The notes: generated from the letters alone by a model not told the origin. Positions 1 through 9,592 are shown, counted from the stretch's first letter. The stretch is 64,000 bases of DNA from Terracidiphilus sp. (GCA_035487015.1 DATHMP010000008.1:37121-101120), one strand, 5' to 3'. Program-made: numbers and translations.

Positions 1-869
1 ATCGCCGTTTGCAGGTGAATCACCATCGCTAGCCCATGCGCCTTGGGAGCGTTGGGACCGGGATCGTTGATTCCGCCGGGTGCATCCGCCTGCGCCAGCG
101 TTGCCTGAAGTTCTTGGGCCCAATGTGGCGATACATGCGTGGTCCAGAGAACTATGGGAATTCCAAGAATCGCAGCCGCCAGCGCCGCCTGCACTGCGTA
201 CTTACGATACTTGCCTCCCGCAAGCAGACAGTACATCCAGATAAAAATCAGGTCGTGCGGTTTTACAAGAAGTCCAATACCCAGACAGATCGCTCCGATT
301 GCACCATGCCGATCCTTGCGGAAGTACCAGAGCGCGATCGCGCAGAGACCGATTGCGAGACTCGCGGGATTCCCCGTCACCACCGGCAACTCGCAATTCG
401 CTAAGAGAAAGCCAAGCAGTGCACCAGCCGGCAACGGTGACCACTTTGCCCCCATCGTCCACATCAGGAATGCAGACGCAATCAGTCCCGCCACAAGAAT
501 GAGAGTCCAAAGAAAGCTGGCCAAGGGATACGAAAGCAGCGCAAGGGGCGCAGTCACTGGAAAAATACTCGGCGGATAAAGAAAGGGAATCGACAGCGGC
601 CGTTGAAATAGAAGCCCCGCCCCCCACGTGGGGTGATTCTGAGCCACGCGCGCATCCGCGTCATACAACCGTGTGACCGCCTGTTGATCGTATGGATCGC
701 AGCCCTGCAACAAGCAGCGCGTTCCATAGAACGGCGTCTTGAAGTCGCTCATCGACTCGGGAGAAACCGACCGCAGCACAAATCCCAGCAGCAGAAAAAC
801 CAGGCACCCCAGTCCCATCAGCAACAGCGCGTCTCTGCGCTCCTGCTTGGCTTTTGCCAAATCCGTCAA
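1..869 (-). CDS. Glycosyltransferase family 87 / DUF2029-like GT-C membrane protein (3' end runs off window)
   Basis: Not in the ORF track; translated by hand from TTG at 869 with SD AAGGAG: [25 protein letters not shown]...[19 protein letters not shown]...PFLYPPSIF...TGNPASL...LLVKPH. Multi-TM protein with the DPY, YPP, GN and KP motifs typical of GT87. Confidence 0.75.
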   Translation of the reverse strand, partial: MTDLAKAKQERRDALLLMGLGCLVFLLLGFVLRSVSPESMSDFKTPFYGTRCLLQGCDPYDQQAVTRLYDADARVAQNHPTWGAGLLFQRPLSIPFLYPPSIFPVTAPLALLSYPLASFLWTLILVAGLIASAFLMWTMGAKWSPLPAGALLGFLLANCELPVVTGNPASLAIGLCAIALWYFRKDRHGAIGAICLGIGLLVKPHDLIFIWMYCLLAGGKYRKYAVQAALAAAILGIPIVLWTTHVSPHWAQELQATLAQADAPGGINDPGPNAPKAHGLAMVIHLQTA

Positions 870-1012
870 TCGCACTCCTTTGCTGGCTCACACCTGCGCT
901 TCGTAAAAATCATTGCAACCACGATCATCTAGCGACGGCTTGTTTCCCAACTCGTTTCATCGAAACCGAAGTCATGGTTTTGCGCGCTCACAAACCTGCT
1001 ACGATGTCCGCG

Positions 1013-1732
1013 ATGAATTCCAACAACGATATCGAGCCGTGCCTCACGGTCGTTATGCCCGTCTTTAACGAGGCGGGCACCGTGAGCGCGATCGTGAACG
1101 AAGTTCTGGCCCAACCCCCCGTTGCCGAACTCATCATAGTCGACGACTGTTCCCGCGACGATACCTGGAACAAGCTGCAGTCGCTCGCGCCCAGCGATCC
1201 CCGCATCAAGCTGCTCCATCACGAAATCAATCAAGGCAAGGGCGCCGCCTTGCGAACCGGCATTGCCCACGCCACCTCGAACATCGTAATTATTCAGGAT
1301 GCCGACCTCGAATACGATCCCGCCGAATATTTTCTGCTCCTCACGCCCATCCTCGCCGGCAAAGCCGATGTCGTATTCGGATCGCGCTTCCTCGGCGGCA
1401 GCGGTGCTCATCGCGTCCTCTACTTCTGGCATTCCGTCGGAAACAAATTCCTAACCCTGTGCTCCAACATGGCCACCGACTTGAATCTCACCGACATGGA
1501 AACCGGCTACAAAACGTTTCGAAGAGAGATCCTGCAGAAGATCCAAATCCAGGAAAACCGCTTCGGCTTCGAGCCGGAGATCACCGCAAAAGTGGCCCGC
1601 GAAAAAGTCCGCATCTTCGAAGTAGGCATCGCCTATAACGGTCGAACCTACGCAGAAGGGAAAAAGATTGGCTGGCGCGATGGTGTCCGTGCCCTTTGGT
1701 GCATTTGCAAATACAACTACTTCGTCCGGTGA
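1013..1732 (+). CDS. Glycosyltransferase family 2, polyprenol-phosphate glycosyltransferase (DPM1-like)
   Basis: [61 protein letters not shown]. Start at 1013 or 1004. Confidence 0.9.
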   Translation: MNSNNDIEPCLTVVMPVFNEAGTVSAIVNEVLAQPPVAELIIVDDCSRDDTWNKLQSLAPSDPRIKLLHHEINQGKGAALRTGIAHATSNIVIIQDADLEYDPAEYFLLLTPILAGKADVVFGSRFLGGSGAHRVLYFWHSVGNKFLTLCSNMATDLNLTDMETGYKTFRREILQKIQIQENRFGFEPEITAKVAREKVRIFEVGIAYNGRTYAEGKKIGWRDGVRALWCICKYNYFVR

Positions 1733-1869
1733 CTGCGAGACCAGATCCGTCCTTGTCTAAATCGCAGCCAAACTGCACCACTACTACCTCGCAACTTCAG
1801 CCATCTGCAACGCTTCCGCAGCGTCCCAAATCCAGCCACGTTCATCTCACTTGCAGGTATACTGTTCCT

Positions 1870-2898
1870 GTGACCACTTCTGTCCTTGATTCCGTCTCTA
1901 TCGGCAACCAGACCGAAGCTTCCCCTAGCCAGAAGAGGGTGTTGCTGCTCAAGCCGCGCGGCTTTTGCGCTGGTGTGGTGCGCGCCATCGATATCGTCAA
2001 GATTGCCCTCGAAACCTTCGGCGCTCCCATCTATGTCCGCCGCGAAATCGTGCATAACCGCTACGTTGTCAATGAATTAGCGGAAAAGGGCGCCATTTTC
2101 GTTCACGAAATCGACGATGTCCCCGATGGCCAGCGCGTCATCTACTCGGCCCACGGAGTTTCTCCGGCCGTCCGCGACCGCAGCAAAGGCCGCAATCTCA
2201 AGGTCATCGACGCAACCTGCCCCCTCGTCACCAAGGTCCATATTGAGGCCGTCAAGTTTGCCAAACAAGGCTACTCGCTGATCCTCATCGGCCACCGTGA
2301 CCACGACGAAATCGAAGGCACCCTTGGCGAAGCACCCGACGTAACTCAAGTCGTTTCAAGCGTGCAGGAAGTCGAGACCCTTCAGGTACCCGATCCCAAT
2401 CGCGTCGCTTACCTTACCCAGACCACGCTTTCCCTCTCTGAGGCGCGCGACATCATCTCCGCCCTCAAACTCAAGTTTCCCAACATCGTCGGACCTCACT
2501 CGCAGGACATCTGCTACGCAACCGAAAATCGCCAGGTCGCCGTCCGCAACGTGGCCCACAATGCCAATCTCGTTCTCGTCGTCGGTTCTACCAACAGCTC
2601 CAACTCCAACCGCCTGGTCGAGGTCTCCCGCAACCTTGGCACGGTGGGGTATCTCATTGATAACTCCCAGGCCATCGACCCCAAGTGGCTCGAGGGCGTA
2701 TCTACTGTGGCTGTAACTGCCGGCGCGTCAGCCCCCGAAATCCTGGTAGAAGACGTGGTCAATTATCTGCGTCAAAACGGATTCTCCAGCGTCGAAGAAG
2801 TTGAGGTTATGCCGGAAAATGTCCGGTTCGGCCTCCCGCCAGAGATCATCCAGGCTATCGGCAGCACAGACGGGGCTGAGTCCGTTCCGGTGCGCTGA
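1870..2898 (+). CDS. ispH: 4-hydroxy-3-methylbut-2-enyl diphosphate reductase
   Basis: PRGFCAGVVRAI, IVHN, SAHG, DATCPLVTKVH, QTT, DICYATENRQ, SSNS, TAGASAPE. GTG start inferred. Confidence 0.97.
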   Translation: MTTSVLDSVSIGNQTEASPSQKRVLLLKPRGFCAGVVRAIDIVKIALETFGAPIYVRREIVHNRYVVNELAEKGAIFVHEIDDVPDGQRVIYSAHGVSPAVRDRSKGRNLKVIDATCPLVTKVHIEAVKFAKQGYSLILIGHRDHDEIEGTLGEAPDVTQVVSSVQEVETLQVPDPNRVAYLTQTTLSLSEARDIISALKLKFPNIVGPHSQDICYATENRQVAVRNVAHNANLVLVVGSTNSSNSNRLVEVSRNLGTVGYLIDNSQAIDPKWLEGVSTVAVTAGASAPEILVEDVVNYLRQNGFSSVEEVEVMPENVRFGLPPEIIQAIGSTDGAESVPVR

Positions 2899-3079
2899 TC
2901 CGAGCTGCCGGACGGCACATTTGCCCACCCGGCAAGACTGTGGTCTCCGCACATCCAGGGGAGGATTTGCATTTGCCTTTTGCCGCCCATCGTTTACCTT
3001 TAGCCCATCATTTCTTCGCGGCGTGGACGGCGCCTGCAGCATCTTCTTCCCATAGCAGCACGCACACATGGGTCCTTGT

Positions 3080-5086
3080 ATGAGCCTTCCGCAACAAAAA
3101 TCGCAATCTGCTGCGCCTAGATTCGGCCGTATCGACGCCGATCTCGCTGACGTCGAATCAGCCTTGCACCGCTCCCGAGAGCACGTTCTCTCCCTCCAGC
3201 ACCCAGACGGCTATTGGTCCGGCGAACTCGAAGCCGACTCCATGCTCGAAGCCGACTACATCTTTCTCCATGTGCTGCTCGATTCCGGCGATCCCGGACG
3301 CCTGCATCGCGCCTTCGTCGAAATGATGCGCTACCAGAACGACGACGGCAGCTGGAGCATCTTTCCCGGCGGTCCCGGCAACATCTCCCTCTCCGTCAAG
3401 TGCTACTTCTCCGCAAAGCTGATGGGCGTCGGTGCCGACGATCCCCGCCTCATAAAATGCCGCGAATGGATTCTCGTGCACGGCGGCGTCATCGCATGCA
3501 ACACGTTCACCAAGATGTATCTCTGCGCGCTGGGCCAATACGACTACGACGCTGTGCCTGCCATTCCACCGGAGATCGTCCTCTTTCCCAAATGGTTCTA
3601 CTTCAACATCTACGAGATCTCTGCTTGGTCGCGCTCCATCCTCGTTCCTCTGGCCATCATCTACGCCAAAAAGCCATTTAAGAAAATTCCCCCCGAGCAG
3701 AGCATCGACGAGCTCTTCGTCGGCGGACGCGCCAACTCCATCCTGCGCCTTCGCATGGATCGCAAACATCTCCTCTCCTGGCGCAATTTCTTCATCATCA
3801 TCGATCGCCTCATGCACCTCTCTGAAGCGGTGCACCTCCGCCCGCTGCGCAAGATTGCGCTGCGCAAAGCGGAAAAATGGATGCTCGAGCGCCTCGAAAT
3901 GTCCGACGGCCTCGGCGCCATCTATCCAGCCATGATGAACGCCATCCTCGCCCTGCGCTGCCTCGGCTATTCCGAAGATGATCCCCAGGTCATTCGCGCC
4001 CGCGACGAATTCGAAAAACTCGGCATCGAACAAACTCCAACTTCCGACATGCCCGAGGCCACCTTCCGCATGCAGCCCTGCATGAGCCCCGTGTGGGATA
4101 CCGCGCAAGCGGTCTATGCGCTCGGCGAAGCCGGCGTGCCGCGCGACGATCCGCGCATGATCAAAGCCGCCGACTGGTTGCTTTCGAAAGAAGTTCGCCA
4201 AATCGGCGACTGGGCCGTCAAAGTTCCCAACTGCGAACCCGGTGGATGGTACTTCGAATTCAATAACGAGTTCTATCCCGACACCGACGACACCGCGCAG
4301 GTTCTTCTCGCCCTCAAACAGGTCGACCATCCCCGCGAACGCAATCAGATTCAGGCCGCCGAGCGCGCCATCCGCTGGGAGTTTGCCATGCAGTGCCGCA
4401 ACGGCGGCTGGGGCAGCTTCGACAAAGACAACACCAAAATGATCTTCCAGTACATCCCCTTCGCCGATCACAACGCCATGCTCGATCCGCCGACCGTCGA
4501 CATCACGGGGCGCATGCTGGAGATGCTGGCAAGCTACGGCTACACCCGCGACGACAAGCGCGTGCAGAAGGCCATCGAATTCATCCTCAAAGAGCAGGAG
4601 CCCGATGGCAGCTGGTTCGGCCGGTGGGGCGTCAATTACATCTACGGCACATTCCTCGTCCTCCGTGGACTCGAAGCCATCGGCTTCGATCAGCATGAGC
4701 CCCAGGTGCAGCAGGCCGCCGAGTGGATCCGCATGGTGCAGAATCCAGACGGCGGGTGGGGCGAAAGCTGCGGCACCTACGACGAGCCCGATACACGCGG
4801 CGTTGGCGTCAGTACGCCGTCCCAGACCGCATGGGCCGTCCTCGGCCTGCTCGCCGCAGGCGACGACCGCTCCGACTCCGTCGCCAAGGGCATCCGCTGG
4901 TTGCTTACCCGCCAGCGCCCCGACGGCAGCTGGGACGAAACCCTACGCGAGGGCGCGCGCCGCGAAAGCATCATCACCGGCACAGGATTTCCAAAAGTCT
5001 TCTACCTGGCCTACACCATGTACCGGCAATATTTTCCGCTGTTGGCGCTCACCACCTACAAGCGGGCCATGGAGAAGGTCGCATAA
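3080..5086 (+). CDS. shc: Squalene-hopene cyclase
   Basis: Catalytic DxDD (YPDTDDTA); multiple QW repeats (QNDDGSW, QCRNGGW, QEPDGSW, QNPDGGWGE); GTGFP. Start at 3068 or 3080. Confidence 0.97.
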   Translation: MSLPQQKSQSAAPRFGRIDADLADVESALHRSREHVLSLQHPDGYWSGELEADSMLEADYIFLHVLLDSGDPGRLHRAFVEMMRYQNDDGSWSIFPGGPGNISLSVKCYFSAKLMGVGADDPRLIKCREWILVHGGVIACNTFTKMYLCALGQYDYDAVPAIPPEIVLFPKWFYFNIYEISAWSRSILVPLAIIYAKKPFKKIPPEQSIDELFVGGRANSILRLRMDRKHLLSWRNFFIIIDRLMHLSEAVHLRPLRKIALRKAEKWMLERLEMSDGLGAIYPAMMNAILALRCLGYSEDDPQVIRARDEFEKLGIEQTPTSDMPEATFRMQPCMSPVWDTAQAVYALGEAGVPRDDPRMIKAADWLLSKEVRQIGDWAVKVPNCEPGGWYFEFNNEFYPDTDDTAQVLLALKQVDHPRERNQIQAAERAIRWEFAMQCRNGGWGSFDKDNTKMIFQYIPFADHNAMLDPPTVDITGRMLEMLASYGYTRDDKRVQKAIEFILKEQEPDGSWFGRWGVNYIYGTFLVLRGLEAIGFDQHEPQVQQAAEWIRMVQNPDGGWGESCGTYDEPDTRGVGVSTPSQTAWAVLGLLAAGDDRSDSVAKGIRWLLTRQRPDGSWDETLREGARRESIITGTGFPKVFYLAYTMYRQYFPLLALTTYKRAMEKVA

Positions 5087-5251
5087 GTCGCTGTTCCTGG
5101 GACACTGCTTTTTTGCCAACACCAGGCAATGGAAAATAGTTTTGAACTGCCTCATTCTGAACGATTTGTTTTTTGCTTCAAATTGCATCCTAATTCGGCA
5201 AATTCGTTATCCTGTGGACAGGTCGATTTGCACCGGAGGAAAGTACACAGT

Positions 5252-6364
5252 ATGGCTGTTCCGATCTCCCAGATGTGGACGGTTGCTAGTTACGTCCTGA
5301 AGAAGCGCCTCGGCGGAAATAAGCGCTACCCGCTTGTTCTCATGCTTGAGCCGCTCTTCCGCTGCAACCTGGCCTGCGCCGGCTGCGGCAAGGTCCAGTA
5401 TCCGCCGCACATCCTCAAGAAGCAGCTCACCCCCGAGGAGTGCTTCCGCGCCGTCGACGAATGCGGCGCGCCCATGGTCTCCATCCCCGGCGGAGAACCG
5501 CTGCTCCATCCCCAGATCGTCGAGATCGTCAACGGCCTCATTGCGCGCAAAAAGTACATCTACCTCTGCACCAATGCGCTCGAACTCAAGCGCCGCTTGC
5601 CCGAGTTCACGCCCTCGAAATATCTGACCTTCTCCGTGCACCTTGATGGCGACCGCGATCACCATGACTTCTCCGTCTGCCGCGAAGGCGGCTATGACAT
5701 CGCTGTCGAGGGCATCAAGGAAGCCGTCAAGCGCGGTTTCCGCGTCACCACCAATGCCACCTTCTTCGACGGCACCGATCCCAACAACGTGCGCGGCTTC
5801 TTTGACGACGTCATGGCTATGGGTGTTGAAGGCATCGTGCTCTCGCCCGGTTACAGCTACGAGAAGGCGCCCGATCAGACGCACTTCATGGGCCGCGCGC
5901 GCGTGCGCCGCCTCTTCCGTGCCATCCTCTCCAATCGCAAGCCGAACTGGAAATTCAACATGTCGCCCCTGTTCCTCGAATTCCTTATGGGCGATCGCAA
6001 ATACGAGTGCACTCCTTGGGGCTCACCCGCATACAACATCTTCGGCTGGCAGCGTCCCTGCTATCTCTTGCAAGATGGCTACGCCGAATCTTTCAAGGAG
6101 TTGCTTGAGACCACGAAGTGGGAAGAGTACGGCGTCGCCAGCGGCAACCCCAAATGCGCCAACTGCATGGTCAGCTGCGGCTACGAGCCCACAGCAGTCA
6201 TGGACGGCTTCGGTTCGCTCTCCGGCTTCTGGGGCATGGTCAAAGGCACCTTCAGCAAATACAAGGATCAGCACGCGCTCAACCTGCTCAATGAACCCAC
6301 GCCCCGCGGCCCGTCGTCGCTGGTGCAGATCGAACATCCCGACCGCGAACTCGCCAAGATGTAA
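5252..6364 (+). CDS. hpnH: Adenosylhopane synthase, radical SAM
   Basis: PLVLMLEPLFRCNLACAGCGK (CxxxCxxC), GGEPL, CTPW, PCYLL, CANCMVSCGYEPTA; SD GGAGG; follows shc. Confidence 0.95.
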   Translation: MAVPISQMWTVASYVLKKRLGGNKRYPLVLMLEPLFRCNLACAGCGKVQYPPHILKKQLTPEECFRAVDECGAPMVSIPGGEPLLHPQIVEIVNGLIARKKYIYLCTNALELKRRLPEFTPSKYLTFSVHLDGDRDHHDFSVCREGGYDIAVEGIKEAVKRGFRVTTNATFFDGTDPNNVRGFFDDVMAMGVEGIVLSPGYSYEKAPDQTHFMGRARVRRLFRAILSNRKPNWKFNMSPLFLEFLMGDRKYECTPWGSPAYNIFGWQRPCYLLQDGYAESFKELLETTKWEEYGVASGNPKCANCMVSCGYEPTAVMDGFGSLSGFWGMVKGTFSKYKDQHALNLLNEPTPRGPSSLVQIEHPDRELAKM

Positions 6365-6506
6365 TTGAGAAGTCGAATCTGGTGCCCTGTTCTAACCGCG
6401 TTTCTTGACGGTAAGAGGGGAACCGCACTCGATGAAATTGCAGGGTTTCTGTTTTGTGAGCGGTCGCATTTTTACTCGTACCGCTGGATGTCAAAGATCA
6501 CGGGCT

Positions 6507-6591
6507 GTAGCATCCGCTCCCGTAGGGAGCTCCGAAAGTAGCCCAGGGTGGATCCGGAGCGAATGCGACGGGGTAACCCTGGGAATGCTGC
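6507..6591. repeat. REP-like branched palindromic element
   Basis: Closing stem GTAGCAT/ATGCTGC enclosing GCTCCC-GTA-GGGAGC and CCCAGGGT...ACCCTGGG hairpins. Confidence 0.55.
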
Positions 6592-6606
6592 CACGATGTT
6601 TGAAAT

Positions 6607-6682
6607 TGTCATCCTGAGCGGAGCACGCTTGGGCCCCGACGGACGAAGTCCGGTGGGTAAGCGAAGCGAAGGATTTGCTGTT
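6607..6682. repeat. REP-like element (TGTCATCCTGAGCG...GCGAAGGATTTGCTGTT type)
   Basis: REP-like ends around an internal CGCTT/AAGCG stem and a CGGAC-GAA-GTCCG triloop hairpin. Confidence 0.6.
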
Positions 6683-6716
6683 AACGAAATCCCGAGCTCG
6701 ACATGCGAGGAGAACC

Positions 6717-7142
6717 ATGACCGCCGAAGTCACCAAATACACCATCGAACAGGTTGAAGCCCTCGAAATCGCCCCCGGCACGGAACATCAGCAACTTGAA
6801 GGCTGGGTTCCTGAACTCGCCACGGAAGAAGAACTCCGCCAGGCCCTCGAGAAAGCCTTCGACTATCGCGGCGACGTGACCCTCACGCTCAAGTCCGGAG
6901 AAAAAATCGAAGCCTACATCTTCAACCGGCTTCCCGGCGCCACACTCGCTACTTCCTTCCTCCAGTACTTCACGCCGTCCGCAGCCGACAAGCGCAAAGT
7001 CAGCTACGCTGAGATTGCGCGCCTCGAGTTCACCGGCAAAGATCGTGCCGCCGGCAAGCACTGGGAGGACTGGGTTAAGGCCTACAACGAGAAGAAAGCC
7101 GCCGGCGAAAAGTTCGCCCTGCACCCCGAAGCTCTCGATTAG
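6717..7142 (+). CDS. Hypothetical protein (141 aa), possible Sm-like/Rof-like fold
   Basis: SD GAGGAG, host-like codon usage, inside the hopanoid gene run. Confidence 0.85.
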   Translation: MTAEVTKYTIEQVEALEIAPGTEHQQLEGWVPELATEEELRQALEKAFDYRGDVTLTLKSGEKIEAYIFNRLPGATLATSFLQYFTPSAADKRKVSYAEIARLEFTGKDRAAGKHWEDWVKAYNEKKAAGEKFALHPEALD

Positions 7143-7238
7143 CCGGAAGCGCATACCCATTCCACCATTCGTACTTAATTTGCCTTTTCGTGTCGCGTCC
7201 CAACCCGCAGAATGAAAATAAATAAGTTATGGGATCGC

Positions 7239-7291
7239 GGGGTACCCCCTCCCCCTCTCGATTCGTACGTTCTTCGCCAATTTTTGGCTCC
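7239..7291. repeat. GGGGTACCCCCTCCCCC...CGTTC...CGCCAATTTTTGGCTCC element, copy A
   Basis: Related copy at 53739-53802. Confidence 0.55.
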
Positions 7292-7376
7292 GAGACCACC
7301 GCGTTGCAGACTCGATCCAACTAAGGCGTGACGCTTGAACTTCACTCAGCTGGAGCGTCAACATTACTCTTCTCGA

Positions 7377-7826
7377 ATGGCCCGACAGAGAAGTTTTCAA
7401 GATCTTGTACTTGGGCAAAGGGCGATGTCACTGGCGTGCAACACGTATAAACTGAGCCAGGATTTCCCCAGAACCGAGGCGTTTGGATTGCTCAACCAAA
7501 TCAGGCGATCAGCGGTGTCGATTCCCAGCAACATCGCTGAAGGACATGGCCGTCTTACGGATAATCAGTTCCGGCACTTCCTCGGGAATGCGCGAGGATC
7601 GCTCTGCGAACTGCAGACACAGCTCGAACTGGCATATCAACTCGGATACCTGTATGAAAGGTCATGGAGCGATCTGAGGTCGCAGGCCCACGAAGTTGCC
7701 CGCTTGCTCAACGGTCTGATTGCTTCCCTGAGCGACAGACGCAAGGTCTCTGCTACCGGCGCTGCCACCGCGAATTCCACTAACTCCGCTAGCACACCTA
7801 ACGCCGCTAGCCCAGCTCTCTCATGA
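7377..7826 (+). CDS. Four helix bundle protein (23S rRNA intervening-sequence protein family)
   Basis: FQDL..., FPRTEAFGLLNQIRRSAVSIPSNIAEGHGR, FLGNARGSLCELQTQL. The low-complexity tail is encoded by 9-bp repeats; stop overlaps the hpnA ATG. Confidence 0.9.
   Translation: MARQRSFQDLVLGQRAMSLACNTYKLSQDFPRTEAFGLLNQIRRSAVSIPSNIAEGHGRLTDNQFRHFLGNARGSLCELQTQLELAYQLGYLYERSWSDLRSQAHEVARLLNGLIASLSDRRKVSATGAATANSTNSASTPNAASPALS
7771..7815 (+). repeat. Degenerate 9-bp tandem repeat (CTAACTCCG family)
   Basis: CGAATTCCA CTAACTCCG CTAGCACAC CTAACGCCG CTAGCCCAG; same unit at 53840-53868. Confidence 0.6.
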
Positions 7827-8812
7827 AAGTTTTCCTCACCGGCGCCACCGGATTCGTAGGTCATCACGTCGCCAAGGCTCTCGCTGCCGATGGCGCCGAC
7901 CTCCGCATGCTGGTCCGCAAATCCAGCAACCTCAAAAACCTCGAAGGCATTCCCGGCGAAACCATCGTCGGCGACCTCGCCCACCCCGAGTCCTACGCAC
8001 CGGCACTGTGTAACTGTGAAGCTGTGATGCACGTGGCCGCCGACTACCGTCTCTGGATTCCCGATCCGGACGCCATGTATCGCGCCAACGTCGATGGCAC
8101 TCGCAATCTGCTCCGCCTCGCTCGCGAGGCCGAGGTTCGGCGCGTCGTCTACACCTCGTCGGTCGCCACCATGCACTTCCGCACCGACGGCATCGTCATC
8201 AATGAAGACACGCCGGTCACCATCGGCGACATGGTCGGCCACTACAAGCGCTCCAAGTATATGGCCGAACGGCAGGCCATCGCCGCGGCCCAGGACGGCC
8301 AGCAGGTCATGATCCTCAATCCGACCACGCCCATCGGCCCCAACGACGCCAAGCCCACGCCCACCGGCCGCATCTTCGTCGACTTCCTCAACCGCAAGTT
8401 CCCGGCCTACGTCGACACCGGCCTCAACCTCGTCGACGTCGCCGAAGTCGCGCGCACTCATGTCGCCGCACTCACCACCGGCAAGCCCGGCCGCCGCTAC
8501 ATTCTCGGCGGGGAAAACCTCACGCTGAAACAGATCCTCGACAAGATGTCCGCCATCACCGGAATCCCGTCGCCGACCACAAAGATTCCGTTTGCCGTCG
8601 CCGCCGGCTACGCCTTCTTCGAGGAACTCATCACCGGCAAAATCCGCGGCAAAGAACCGCGCGCCACCCTCGAGGAGGTCCGCATGGGTCGCAAGAAAAT
8701 GTACGCATCCTCCGCCCGCGCCCAGCAGGAACTCGACTTCCGCATCGCGCCTGTCTACCCCGCCATGCGCGCCGCCATCGACTGGTTCCGCGCCAATGGC
8801 TACGCACCGTGA
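7823..8812 (+). CDS. hpnA: Hopanoid-associated sugar epimerase/dehydratase (extended SDR)
   Basis: TGATGFVG, HVAADYRLW, YKRSK, NPTTPIGPNDAKPTPTG, GRRYILGGEN; cluster context. Confidence 0.92.
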   Translation: MKVFLTGATGFVGHHVAKALAADGADLRMLVRKSSNLKNLEGIPGETIVGDLAHPESYAPALCNCEAVMHVAADYRLWIPDPDAMYRANVDGTRNLLRLAREAEVRRVVYTSSVATMHFRTDGIVINEDTPVTIGDMVGHYKRSKYMAERQAIAAAQDGQQVMILNPTTPIGPNDAKPTPTGRIFVDFLNRKFPAYVDTGLNLVDVAEVARTHVAALTTGKPGRRYILGGENLTLKQILDKMSAITGIPSPTTKIPFAVAAGYAFFEELITGKIRGKEPRATLEEVRMGRKKMYASSARAQQELDFRIAPVYPAMRAAIDWFRANGYAP

Positions 8813-8841
8813 TTGCCAAATATGACCCACAGTGCTATAGT
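8813..8841 (+). promoter_or_regulatory. Sigma70-type promoter of the TA operon
   Basis: TTGCCA-17 bp-TATAGT with an extended -10 TG, directly after the hpnA stop. Confidence 0.7.
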
Positions 8842-8861
8842 TCTCAGTGTTAGTTGGGCCC

Positions 8862-9236
8862 GTGCAAGTTTACCTCACAAAATGGATGGCTCGATTCTCC
8901 CGGCGTGAGGGAATATCCCACGCGAGCCTGCTTGACGCCATCCAAAGAGCCGAACGTGGCCTGATCGACGCCGACCTTGGCGGGGGACTCATGAAGCAGC
9001 GAGTGGCTCGCCGCGGCAAAGGACGTTCCGGAGGCTACCGCACACTCATTGCCTACCGAAGAGGACATCGCGCGTTCTTCATTTTGGGGTTTGCCAAGAG
9101 TGAGCTGGTAAATATAGGCCGCGATGAACTCCGTACTACGCGCGAAATTGCAGCGGTCTTGATGGCGACCCCAAATGACGTACTTGCCCGCAAGGTTGCC
9201 GACGGAGAACTGGAGGAGGTTGCATATGGTCACTAA
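8862..9236 (+). CDS. Type II TA toxin, RelE/ParE superfamily (DUF1044-like)
   Basis: IDADLGGGLMKQRVARRGKGRSGGYRTLIAY...GFAKSE; toxin-first order, overlaps the HTH gene. Confidence 0.88.
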   Translation: MQVYLTKWMARFSRREGISHASLLDAIQRAERGLIDADLGGGLMKQRVARRGKGRSGGYRTLIAYRRGHRAFFILGFAKSELVNIGRDELRTTREIAAVLMATPNDVLARKVADGELEEVAYGH

Positions 9237-9561
9237 GAAAAAGCTCAGTCCAATTGCTGAAGCCTTGCTGGAAACCGCAGGGGACCTGCACCGCATTGGC
9301 CTGATGAACGAAGCCGACTATCGCAAGATTACCGTGCGTCATCTGGGCGAAAAGGCGCGCTTGATGTCTGCGCCCATCAGTCCCAAACAGATTCGCGCCA
9401 TTCGCCAGCGCGCCAACCTCAGCCAGGCTGCCATGGCCAGCATGATGAACCTGACCGTTGGCTACCTGTCGCAACTCGAGCGCGGCGTGAAAGAGCCGAA
9501 AGGCCCATCGCTCGCGCTCCTCAACGTCATCCGCCGCAAAGGCATCGAAGCGATTCTCTGA
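9226..9561 (+). CDS. XRE/HTH antitoxin (HigA-like)
   Basis: IRAIRQRANLSQAAMASMMNLTVGYLSQLERGVKEPKGPSLALL; SD GGAGG. Confidence 0.88.
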   Translation: MVTKKKLSPIAEALLETAGDLHRIGLMNEADYRKITVRHLGEKARLMSAPISPKQIRAIRQRANLSQAAMASMMNLTVGYLSQLERGVKEPKGPSLALLNVIRRKGIEAIL

Positions 9562-9592
9562 GGTTTCGATTCATAACTGTACGGAGGAACCA

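Noticed and set aside
36-932. Several short ORF-track entries on both strands
   Set aside because: Shadows of the real minus-strand GT87-like gene (<1-869), which the track omits because it runs off the window.
3158-4696. Long antisense ORFs (512 aa here; also 45325-47184, 7637-8830, 62060-63307)
   Set aside because: They lie opposite well-supported genes, have no motifs, and are expected from GC-rich codon bias.
7125-7142. Possible gene-end duplication around the four-helix insert (CCCGAAGCTCTC vs CCCAGCTCTC near 7811-7820)
   Set aside because: The match is too short to distinguish from chance, unlike the hpnA case.
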